This document shows positions 23,670-35,209 of a stretch of DNA of 64,000 bases, one piece after another. Below the pieces are notes generated by a model. The model saw nothing but the letters and a program-made list of their open reading frames with translations, made no database searches and was not told the origin of the DNA. Source of the DNA: Eimeria praecox (Eukaryota); the NCBI GenBank assembly GCA_963920595.1, contig OY986948.1:3472001-3536000 (forward strand), read 5' to 3'. Made by a program: the position numbers and the translations under genes. Each line of letters opens with the position of its first letter. The stretch's first letter is position 1.

Positions 23670-25469
23670 ATGCAGGCGCCTCCCTTCCCACCCTCGAGGC
23701 ATCCCCAGGGAGGCCCCCCAATGGGCGGCCCTCCCTATGGTTACTCCCCTAATGGGATGAATCCACCTACCTTTGGGTGTTCTCAGGGGGGCCCCTCGCC
23801 TCAGGGGGCCTCTGGAGGGAACATGGGGCCCCCAGGGTCTATGTTCCCCCCTGCAGGGGGTTTTGGGGGTCGACCTCCTTTCTCGGGGGGCCCCATGGGG
23901 GCCCCCCCTCCCCCGGGGGGTTTTGGAATGCCCCCTATGCCCCCACCAGGGGGAGCCTTCGGCGGTGGGGCCCCACCGTTTGGGGGCCCTGGAGGGGTTC
24001 CTCATGAAGCAGCAGCAGCAGCGGCAGCAGCAGCAGCAGCAGCAGCAACTCTAGCAGCAGCAACAGGAGGATTTGGGGGCCTCCCATTTGTTCCAGGTGG
24101 GGCATGTGGACCCTCTGGGGGGGGCCCCCCAGGGGCCCCCTCTATGATGAAGGCAGGCGCGATTTCTTTAGATGAACATATGAAGAGTGTGAGGCCTTCA
24201 GATTATGTTCCTTTAAAAACAGAGAAAGGTAATAGAAGATCTGGGGTTGGAGGACTGCAGCAGCAGCAGCAGCTGCTGCTGCTGCAGCGGCTACAAGCAG
24301 AAGGAGATTTCTTACGTTTAAAGAATATGACAAAGGAACAGCTACACCGTGAGGGGTTTGTGTACACTGTACAGCAGCTAGTAGCAGCAAGTATGAAAGA
24401 AGCTGAGGGTGTTGCTGCTGCAGCAGCAGGAGATGAAGCAGCTTTAGTTAAATTAATTAGAGAAGAAGGCAGACAACATATCCCCCCACAAGTTAAGAAA
24501 ACTTTATTAAGAACGATAGAAACACTAGCTGGTTTAGAAATAACGAAACCGAAAGCAGCAGAAGAAGGAAAGGAACAGCAGCAGCAGCAGCAGCAAGAGA
24601 AGAAGGAGGAGGAAGCAGAAGGGGAGAAGAGCAGCAACGATGCTGCAGCAGGAGACAAATCCCCTGCTGCTGCTGCTGCTGCAGCAGGGGATGTAAGTGT
24701 GTCTGTTAGTAGAAGCGTAAGTCGTACAAGTATTGATAGAAGCCGCAGCATCAGCAGCAGAAGCAGAAGCAGAAGCAAGAGCAGCAACAGCAGCAGCAGC
24801 AGCAGGAGGAGGAGAAGCAGCAGCAACAACAGAGGCAAATCGCCTGATAGACACAGCAAAGCAGACAGTCAAGAGAGACACGTGTTGTGGAGACGAGCAG
24901 CAGCATTTAGATCTATTGCTGGGAGAAACTCTGCTGCTGCTGCTGCTGCTGCTGCTGCTAAGGCCGAAGAGGGAAGCCGTCATAGCCGCAGCAGCAGCAG
25001 CAGCAACAGCAGGAGACGCAGCAGCAGCAGAAGCAGAAGCAGCAGCAAAAGAAGACGCAGCAGCAGCAGAAAGAAACACACGAAGGGACGAGGGAGAAGT
25101 CTTAGCTGCAGCAGCAACGGCAGCAGCAGCAGGAGAAGCAGCAGCAGCAGCAGCAGCAGACACAAGAAACCTTCGAAAAGACGAGAGACAGATAAAGATA
25201 GAAAAAGAAAGGAGACAGATAAGCACCACAAAACCAGCAGCAGCAGCAGCAGCAGCAAGACAAAGGATAATAAGAGAGGCAAGCGGAAGGAGGAAGCAGA
25301 CACAGGGAAGCGCAGCAGCAGCAGCAAAACACACAGCAGCAGCAGCAGCAGCAGCAGCAAGAAACACGAAAGCAGCAGCAGCAAGAAACACGAAAGCAGC
25401 AGCAGCAAGAAACACGAAGGCAGCAGCAAAAGACACAGCAGCAGCAGCAGCAGCAGCAAGAAACGTTAG
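23670..25469 (+). CDS. Hypothetical protein, 599 aa, single exon: Pro/Gly-rich N-terminus, short complex-sequence core, Arg/Ser/Lys-rich C-terminus (SR-related, probably nuclear)
   Basis: Uninterrupted 1.8 kb ORF with a non-repetitive core (ISLDEHMKSVRPSDYVPLKTEKGNRR...LVKLIREEGRQHIPPQVKKTLLRTIETLAGL). The CAG tracts read as A/Q/S, as expected in Eimeria exons. I recognise no domain, so function is inferred from composition only. Confidence 0.8.
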   Translation: MQAPPFPPSRHPQGGPPMGGPPYGYSPNGMNPPTFGCSQGGPSPQGASGGNMGPPGSMFPPAGGFGGRPPFSGGPMGAPPPPGGFGMPPMPPPGGAFGGGAPPFGGPGGVPHEAAAAAAAAAAAAATLAAATGGFGGLPFVPGGACGPSGGGPPGAPSMMKAGAISLDEHMKSVRPSDYVPLKTEKGNRRSGVGGLQQQQQLLLLQRLQAEGDFLRLKNMTKEQLHREGFVYTVQQLVAASMKEAEGVAAAAAGDEAALVKLIREEGRQHIPPQVKKTLLRTIETLAGLEITKPKAAEEGKEQQQQQQQEKKEEEAEGEKSSNDAAAGDKSPAAAAAAAGDVSVSVSRSVSRTSIDRSRSISSRSRSRSKSSNSSSSSRRRRSSSNNRGKSPDRHSKADSQERHVLWRRAAAFRSIAGRNSAAAAAAAAAKAEEGSRHSRSSSSSNSRRRSSSRSRSSSKRRRSSSRKKHTKGRGRSLSCSSNGSSSRRSSSSSSSRHKKPSKRRETDKDRKRKETDKHHKTSSSSSSSKTKDNKRGKRKEEADTGKRSSSSKTHSSSSSSSSKKHESSSSKKHESSSSKKHEGSSKRHSSSSSSSKKR

Positions 25470-25714
25470 ATGATTTCTCCACTCTCCTGAAGATATATAA
25501 AAAACTTGTTTTATATTTTGCTCCTGTCTCTGTTTTAATTGTTGTCGTCTCTTGTCTCTTTATCTTTCTCTTTCTGTCTGTCTGTCTGTCTGTCTCTCTC
25601 TGTCTCTCTCTGTCTCTGTCTGTCTCTCTCTCTGTCTCTGTCTGTCTCTGTCTCTTTCTGTCTCTCTGTTTATGTTTAGTTGAAGCTATAGTGTTTCTGT
25701 CTTTGTCTGCTCTG

Positions 25715-25746
<32 letters not shown>

Positions 25747-25947
25747 AGCCTCCTCTCTGTATCTCTCTGTCTCCTTCTTATTCTATCTGTCTCTTCTGTT
25801 TATCTTTATCTTCTCTCTGTCTCCTGTCTCTTATTAAACTAAAGCATACATACAAGTATACATACGTAGACTTCTGTATGTTTGCTCTATATACACATAA
25901 AGATATACATCTATCTATATATCTATCTATCTCTAGAGAGATAGATT

Positions 25948-25987
<40 letters not shown>

Positions 25988-27356
25988 TCTTATTGCAGCA
26001 GATCTATTTCTATAGACTTCACGTATTTCTATGTCTTCGTGTGCCTGCAGTTCTATATATATAGTATATAATATACAATATATATTATATCATATATTTT
26101 ATATTATATAATATATATTATATAATATATATTATATAATATATATTATATATTATACCTGTATGTACTATAGTATATAGTGTATATAATATATATATAT
26201 ATATATACATATATAATATATAGTATATAATATATAATATTATATAATACAATATAATATTGTATATTATAATATAATATATAATATATTATATATAATT
26301 GTGTAGATGTCTTAGATTTGTTTTTGCCTGTTTTCTAATTATGAGTGTGGCGGGATTTGAAGAGAACTTACAGACAAGTTAAATAAATAAATATAATAAT
26401 TATTTGTTTATTTAATTAATTAAATAAAATAAATAATAATTATTTATTTGTTTATTTAGTTAAATAAAGTAAAATAATTACTTATTTAATTATCTAAAAT
26501 AAATAATTATCTATCTAATTAAATAAAATAAATAAATTATATATTACAGAATCAGACAAGATAGATAAACTCTCTATGAAATAAGTTAGAAAACAAATAA
26601 ATATTATTTAATAAATAAATAAATAAATAAATATTTATATAATAAAATAATTAAACTAATTAATAAATTGTTTATTTAATATACAGATAGACGAGCTTGT
26701 TTACTAAATGGATAAATAATAATAATGTAGTATGAAATTAAATAAATAGATAAATAAATAAAATAAATAAATAAATAAATAAATGAATAGAAATAAAAAG
26801 TAAAGAAATATACTCAACGAAAAGAAAGAAAAACAACAAACGTCAGATAAACAAACTTTTTCTAAAAAACAAAAAAAATACAAAATAAATAAAAATAAAA
26901 TAAAATATAAAATATAAACAGATAAGAAGAGCGAAGGATTAAAAGAATAAATTATACATAAATACAAAATTAAAAAAATAAATTGTAAATAAATACAAAA
27001 TTAAAATAATAAATTATAAATAAATACAAACAAACACACAACAGCTAATAAAAGAAAAGAAGATTCAACAAACAACACGAGCGTTGCTGCTGCGGCTATC
27101 GCTGCTGCTGCTGCTGCTGCGGCTACCGCTGCTGCTGCTGCTGCTGCTGCTGCGGCTATCGCTGCTGCTGCTGCTGCTGCGGCTATCGCTGCTGCTGCGG
27201 CTATCCCTGCTGCTGCTGCGGCTATCGCTGCTGCTGCTGCTGCAGCAGCAGCAGCAGGAACAACATTATCGATGATATTTCAGCGTCCATCCGCTGCATG
27301 CAACTGTACGGTAGGGTTTATCTATTATTGGGGGAAGTGTTTTTGTTGTCTCTGTT

Positions 27357-27923
27357 CTAGGGTTTAGGGTTTAGGGTTTAGGGTTTTAGGATTAAATATC
27401 TTGTGTATGTTTTGTTTTGATTTAATAGAAGCAGAAGGTTAAGAGTAATCCCAACACACCCACACACACACAGTCAGACACACCTGAGTTAGGGTTTAGG
27501 GTTTAGGGTTTAGGGTTTAGGGTTTAGGGTTTGGCCCCCTAGGGTTTAGGGTTTAGGGTTTAGGATATATGAGTCTCCTTTTTGTTTTAAAATATATTAT
27601 ATATTGTTATAAAAGTTAATTAAATTAAATAAAAGGTTTTGTTAGGATGCGGGGTGTATAGGCAGCTCAGCCAGCGACGATGGCGCTGATAGCGCGAGCC
27701 CCTAAGGAGTTAATATTTCTATTGATTTAAAGTATAAAAATTTGAGGAAAATAAATAAAATAAATTAAAAATAATATTTTTAATATAAATATATATTTAA
27801 ATTAAAAGACATACATATCATCTCTCGAAGGGGGCTGGCCTTGCTGCTGCAGAGACCCCAACCCCAAACAGCCCCCCACAAACCCCAAACCCTAAACCCT
27901 AAACCCTAAACCCTAAACCCTAA
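27357..27923. repeat. Interstitial telomere-like arrays: (AGGGTTT)n at ~27357-27390 and ~27489-27563, (AAACCCT)n at ~27886-27923
   Basis: Direct read of the heptamer. Interstitial telomeric heptamers are an established feature of Eimeria repeat-rich segments. Confidence 0.95.
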
Positions 27924-28024
27924 GCCGTAAATATTAAATTGTTTAAAACAAACTCTCAGAAACGTGTAGATAAACAGAAGAAAGAGGTAATTTACTATAT
28001 CTACAAGGCCAGCACAGTGTCGGT

Positions 28025-28070
<46 letters not shown>

Positions 28071-28223
28071 CTGTTGCTGCTGTATCTGCTACATTAGATT
28101 CTGTTGCTGCAGCTGTTTTTCTTGAATTTATCGTGCTGTTTCTTACTCGTTAGAGAGGGGGGTGCTGTGTGTTCTGCTGCTACAGGTCTCTGCATCGACA
28201 GCAGCAGCAGCAGCAGCAGCAGC

Positions 28224-28260
<37 letters not shown>

Positions 28261-28274
28261 CATCGCTGCTTTAG

Positions 28275-28483
28275 ATGCTGCATGGTCTGGTAAGCTTTGC
28301 TTATATATATTACTTTCGCTCTCTCTCTGTAGCATCAACTCGTAGAATTATCTCTACCTCAAGCAGCCTCTGCTGCAGCAGCAACAGCAGTAACAGCAGC
28401 AACAGCAGCAACCACCATATCTTATCAAGAACCCTATCCTGCTGCTTCAGCAGCAGCAGCAGCAACATCATCAACAGCAGCAT

Positions 28484-28518
<35 letters not shown>

Positions 28519-28870
28519 ACAGCAACATCAGCAGCAACAACAGCAACAGCAGCAGCATCAACATCAACAGCATCATCATCAACAGCAGCAGCATCAGGAA
28601 AATGGCAGCACCACCACCAGCAGCAGCAGCAGCAGCAGCACCAGCAGCAGCACCAGCAGCAGCAGCAGCAGCAGCAGGAACCAAGGGGGGCCCCGCTCGC
28701 AGAGCCGAAGCAGGTACAGCACATACTCTTGCAAACATAGGGAAGATTGGAGGGGAGTTTAATATTACAAAGAATGCTGCGTTCATACAGAGAAGACTTA
28801 AAATATTTGAGGAGTTGTATGAAAAACAACAACAAGAAATTAGTAGTAGGAGACACACTGATGCTGTTGC

Positions 28871-28911
<41 letters not shown>

Positions 28912-29242
28912 TTGGTGCTGCTGTTGGTGCTGCTGTTGGTGCTGCTGTTGGTGCTGCTGCTGTTGGTGGTGCTGGTGGTGGTGCTGGTGGTGGTGCTGCT
29001 GTTGCTGCTGATGGCGTTGCTGCTGTTGGTGTTGCTGTTGCTGCTGTTGGTGTTGCTGCTGCTGCTGTTGGTGTTGCTGCTGTTGCTTGTTGTGTTGCTG
29101 CTTTTGTTGCTGCTGTTGCTGTTGTTGGTGTTGCTGATGCTGCTTGTGGTGTTGCTGCTCTTGCTGCTGCTGCTGTTGCTGCTACTGCTGCTATTGCTGC
29201 TGCTGGCGCTGTTGTTGTTGCTGCTGCTGTTGTTGCTGCTGC

Positions 29243-29277
<35 letters not shown>

Positions 29278-29278
29278 T

Positions 29279-29313
<35 letters not shown>

Positions 29314-29458
29314 CTGTTGCTGCTGCTGTTGCTGCTGCTGTTGCTGCTGCTGTTGCTGCTGCTGTATGCCTCGCTGGAGTTCCTTTGGTAGCTACAGCAG
29401 CAACAACAGCAGCAATAGCAGCACCAGCAGCAACAGCAACAGCAGCACGAGCAGCACT

Positions 29459-29495
<37 letters not shown>

Positions 29496-29629
29496 GCAGC
29501 AGCACCATGCCTCTCTCTCTCTCTCTCTCTCTTTCTCTCTTTCTCTAATTCTCTAATTCAAATAATAAATATAAACTCACACACACAACACAACACGACA
29601 AAACACAACAAAACCAAACAAAACAAGAT

Positions 29630-29666
<37 letters not shown>

Positions 29667-30627
29667 ATATATGTGTTTTATAAAACAGAGAAAGATAAGA
29701 AGAAGATAAAGATAGTGTTGCCTGACGGTTCTGTCTTAGAAGGGGAGAGTTGGAGTACTACGCCGATGGATATAGCAAACAAAATATCAAAGGGCCTAGC
29801 GAAGGCTGCTATTGTAGCGAAAGTAAGTAATAATAATAATAATAATAATAATGATGATGATGGTGGTGGTGGTGGTGGTGGTGCTGCTGCTGTTGATGGT
29901 GGTGGTGGTGGTGGTGCTGTTGATGCTGCTGTTGATGGTGGTGGTGGTGGTGCTGCTGGTGGTGGTGGTGCTGCTGATGGTGGTGGTGGTGGTGGTGCTG
30001 CTGCTGCTGCTGGTGGTGCTGCTGTTGCTGCTGTTGCTGCTGCTGTTGATGGTGGTGGTGGTGGTGGTGCTGCTGCTCCTGTTGATGGTGGTGCTGCTGC
30101 TGTTGCTGCTGTTGCTGCTGTTGCTGCGGTGTTTGTTTTTCTGTCTGTTTACTTTTTGTTTGTTTTGTTTGGTGGTTTATGAGTGTTTACGATATAGTTA
30201 TTTGTTATCATTTAATTAAATTAATTAATTAATTAATTAATTAAATATTTAAATAATTTAATTAATTAATTAATTAATTAATTAATTAAATGGTTAGATA
30301 ATATAATTAATTAATTAATTAATTAATTAATAATTTAATTAATTAGTTAGATAGTATAAATTAATTAATTAGTTAAATGATTGAATTAATTAACTAACTA
30401 AATTAATTAATAATTAAATAATTAAATAATTAAATTAATTAATTAATTTATATTTGTTAATACAGGTAGGATATGAAGGTAACACAGGTTTGGATTCAGA
30501 TATAACAGCAGCAGATAGTGAGGAGACAGAAGAGTCAGCAGCAGGCGATTGCTGCTGTTCTTCTGCTGCTGCAGCAGCAGCAGCAGCATCAGCAGCAGGA
30601 GGAGGAGCAGCAGCAGCAGCAGCAGCT

Positions 30628-30660
<33 letters not shown>

Positions 30661-31012
30661 ACGCGGTGGCAGCTGTGGGATCTGGGGAGACCCTTAGAAG
30701 ATAACTGTAAATTGCAAATATTAAAATTTGATGATGAAGAAGCACAAAATGTATTCTGGCATTCGAGTGCTCACGTACTTGGTGTGTATATACACCTCAT
30801 GCTGCTGCTGTTGTTGTTGCTGCTGTTGCTGCTGTTGCTGCTGCTGTTGCTGCTGTTGGTGGTGTTGCTGCTGTTGGTGGTGTTGCTGCTGTTGGTGGTG
30901 TTGCTGCTGTTGGTGGTGGTGTTGCTGTTGGTGGTGGTGTTGCTGGTGGGGTTGCTGCTGTTGTTGCTGTTGTTGTTGCTGTTGTTGCTGTTGGTGTTGC
31001 TGCGGCTGCTGT

Positions 31013-31049
<37 letters not shown>

Positions 31050-31188
31050 TCTGTTGTGAGTGTTTGAGTTAAATGGATAAGCGAGAGATTGATAAGGGGG
31101 AGAGAGGGTTTATAGATACACCATCTAGGGTTTGGGGTTTAGGGTTTAGGGTTTAGGGTTTATGTGGATGTCTGTACAATAAATAAAG

Positions 31189-31245
<57 letters not shown>

Positions 31246-32549
31246 GGGGTGTCTCCGCAGGTCAAGTTCTTGAGGAGGAATTCGGGTGTCTGCTGACAGT
31301 GGGTCCTGCATTAAAACCAGGGTTTTATTATGATAGTTATATGGGGGAAGAGAGATTGAGTGAAGATAAGTATGATATGTTAGAGAAGAAAGCTGTTTCT
31401 ATAGCGGCCTCATCGGAGAGATTTTATAGATTAGTTTGTAGTAAAGAGGAAGCATTAAATCTCTTTTCAGATAATATATTTAAATGTACTTTAATAAAAA
31501 ATAAAATACAAGATGGAGGTAGAACAAGTGTATATAGATGTGGGTCGTTTATAGATCTATGTAGAGGCCCTCATATATATACAACAAACACTATAAAAAC
31601 ATTTAAATTAACACAGAATAGCTCTTGTTACTTCCTAGGAGACAGTAACAACGATAGCCTCCAAAGACTATATGGTGTCTCCTTTCCAGATAAAAAACAA
31701 TTAGATGAATATATTAAATTATTAAAAGAAGCAAAAGATAGAGATCATAGATTATTAGGACAGAAGCTTTCATTATATTTTTTCGAGACAAGTTTGTCCC
31801 CAGGATCTGCATTTTGGTTATATGAAGGAGCAAAGATATATAATAAATTAATTGATTTTATGAGAAGAGAATATAAATTACGAGGATATAAAGAAGTAGT
31901 TACTCCAAATATATTTACTTCCGAATTGTGGCAGATCAGCGGCCATTATAAACATTATAAAGAGAATATGTTTTTATTAAATGTAGAAGATAAGGAATGG
32001 GGATTGAAACCCATGAACTGCCCTTCTCATTGTTTGATATTTAAATATTTAAATATATCTTATAAACAATTACCTTTACGACTAGCTGATTTTGGTGTGT
32101 TACATAGAAATGAAGCAAATGGGGCTTTATCAGGTTTAACTCGAGTACGCCGTTTTCAACAAGATGATGCTCATATATTTTGTTCTATAGAACAAATACA
32201 ACAAGAGGTTTTAAATGTATTAGAGTTTTTATTTTATGTTTATAATTTATTTAATTTTGAATACATTTTAAATCTATCTACTAAACCAGATAAAGCTATT
32301 GGAGATAATGATTTGTGGGAGAAAGCAGAGAATGCTCTCCTTCAAGCATTAATTAAAATAAATAAACCTTTTAAGATTAATCCTAAAGACGGAGCCTTCT
32401 ATGGACCGAAGATAGATATAATATTATTAGATGCATTGAAGAGACAACATCAATGTGGCACCATACAATTAGACTTCCAACTCCCTATACGATTTAATCT
32501 ACAATATAAAACTAATGAAGAAACTGCTGCTGCAGCAGCAGCAGCAAAA

Positions 32550-32604
<55 letters not shown>

Positions 32605-34604
32605 GTAAACGATCAGATACAGACAGTGATAAGCATGGGGGAGAGAATCATATACAGGAAAATGGGGATGCTAGCAGCAGCAGCAGCAGCAGCAGCAGCA
32701 CAGAGGGCCAGCTAAAGCCAGGGATGGCTCGCCCTGTTATCATACATAGAGCTATCTTAGGTAAGGGTTTAGGGTTTAGGGTTTAGGGTTTAGGGTTTAG
32801 GGTTTAGGGTTTAGGGTTTAGGGTTTAGGGTTTAGGGTTTATTTATTATTTATTGTTTATTTATTTATTTATTTATTTATTATTAATATCTATTTATTTA
32901 GATTATTTGTAAGTGTTTATATTTTTATTTTATTCTTTTGTTTGTTTTGTTTTGTTTGTTTTGTTTGTTTTGTCTTGTATTTATAACTCTATATTTTATT
33001 TATTTATAATTATATATTTTTAATTGTATATATTTATAATTATATATTTATAAATATTTATTTTATCTATATATATGTATATATATAATTAGATAATACG
33101 CTTAGTGTAGTATCTATCTATCTAACATAAAGTCAAACAAACAAATACAACAACAACAATAATTAACTAACTATATTTAATATAATTTAACTTAATTAAC
33201 TATAATTTAATTAAATTATAATATAATTTAATTATAATTTACTATAGATGTACTATAGAGAGGATGTGTGGGGTTTTACTTGAACACACGGGGGATCGTC
33301 TCCCACTTTGACTGTCTCCTCGCCCGTGTATAATTAACAGATATAATTTAATTCTAATTCTAATTCTAATTTAATTTAATTTAATTATTTTATTTTAATT
33401 TAATTTAATTTTAATTTAATTTAATATAATATAATATGATTTATTTAATTAATTATGTTTTATTTTATTATACAGGTTCTATAGAGAGGATGTGTGGGGT
33501 GTTGCTGGAACACACTGGGGGTCGTCTCCCATTTTGGCTGTCTCCTCGGCAGTGTATTGTTCTTTCTGTCTCGGACAAATCTTCAAGTTATGCTTCTTTC
33601 GTTAAAGATGTGCTTGTTAGAGAAGGTTAGATATTATGTTTTATTTTATTTTATTTTATTTTGTTTTGATTTGATTTGATTTGTTTTATTTTATTTTATT
33701 TTATTTTATTTTATTTTATTTGTTTTATTTTGTTTTATTTTATTTTGTTTTGTTTTGTTTTATTTTTATTTTGTTTTGTTTTATTTTGTTTTATTTTATT
33801 TTATTTTGTTTTGTTTTTATTTTATTTTATTTTATTTTATTTTATTTTATTTTATTTTATTTTATTTTATTTTATTTTATTTGTTTTGTTTGCTTTGTTT
33901 GTTTTCTCTTGTTTGTTTGTTTGTTTATTTATCTTTAAATTAATTATTTTATTTATTTATTTTATTAGTTAAGTTATTTGTTTATTTGTTTGTTTATTTA
34001 TTTATTTATTTATTTATTTGGGTGTGTTTGTGTCTCTGAAAATAAAATATATGCTCGTTTATCTTTATTGTTGTTTATTTGTTTGTATTTTATATTTATA
34101 TTTGTATTTTATATTTGTATTTGTGTTTATATTTATATTTATATTACTATCACTATTACATTATATTTATATTTATATTTGTATTTGTGTTTGTATTTGT
34201 ATTTGTGTTTATATTTATATTTATATTTATATTTATATTTATATTTATATTTATATTTATATTTATATTTATATTTATATTTATATTTATATTTATATTT
34301 ATATTTATATTTATATTTATATTTATATTTATATTTATATTTATATTTATATTTATATTTATATTTACATTTATATTTATATTTATATTTATATTCATAT
34401 TTATATTTATATTTATATTTATATTTATGTTTACATTTATATTTATATTTATATTTATATTTATATTTATATTTATATTTATATTCATATTCATATTCAT
34501 ATTTATATTACTATTTATTGTTTTTGCTGTTGCTGCTGCATCTGTTGCTGCTGCTGCTGTTTCTTCTTCTCTTCCTTATTTTCTGCTTCTACCTTTACTA
34601 CTGC

Positions 34605-34636
<32 letters not shown>

Positions 34637-34927
34637 TTGCTGCTGCATTTGTTGCTGGTGCAGGCTATGATGCTGAATGCGATATATCAAATAATACAAT
34701 AAACAAGAAGATAAGAGAGGCAGAGCTGCATCAATGGTTTTATATAATTGTAGTAGGAGAGACAGAAATACAAACAAAGACAGTTACGATAAGAAGTAGA
34801 GAAGAAGATAAAAAACAAGAAAATATAACCCTCAAAGATTTTTTAAATAAATTAGGGAAACTAAGAATGCCAGTCTCGCAGCCACCCATTGATGTTAGAC
34901 ACACATAAATAGTCTTCCTGCTGCTGT

Positions 34928-34971
<44 letters not shown>

Positions 34972-35177
34972 TTGATGCTGCTGTTGTTGTTGATGCTGCT
35001 GTTGTTGCTGTTGCTGCTGTTGTTGCTGCTGTTGTTGCTGCGGCTGTTTGTATTTGTTTTTTTTTGTCTCTCTTTGTTTTATTTTGTTGTTTCTTTCTCT
35101 GTCTCCTCTCTATCTCTCTTTCTGTCTGTCTCTGTCTCTGTCTCCTTCTGTCTCTTCTGTCTCCTCCTGTCCTCTTG

Positions 35178-35209
<32 letters not shown>

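Noticed and set aside
27084..27275. Leu-rich ORF as an upstream signal-peptide exon of ThrRS
   Set aside because: It is a CTG/CGGCTATC repeat with no ATG start, ends in a stop, and I found no convincing in-frame donor linking it to ThrRS.
28846..29688. Read-through of ThrRS intron 1 (and into intron 2) in the 635-aa ORF
   Set aside because: The interval is bounded by in-phase GT/AG sites, consists of simple repeats, and removing it restores a normal N-terminus-to-TGS junction.
33309..33311. In-frame TGA in the exon copy as recoding (Sec or Trp)
   Set aside because: The real exon has TGG, and the copy lacks an in-phase acceptor and is truncated.
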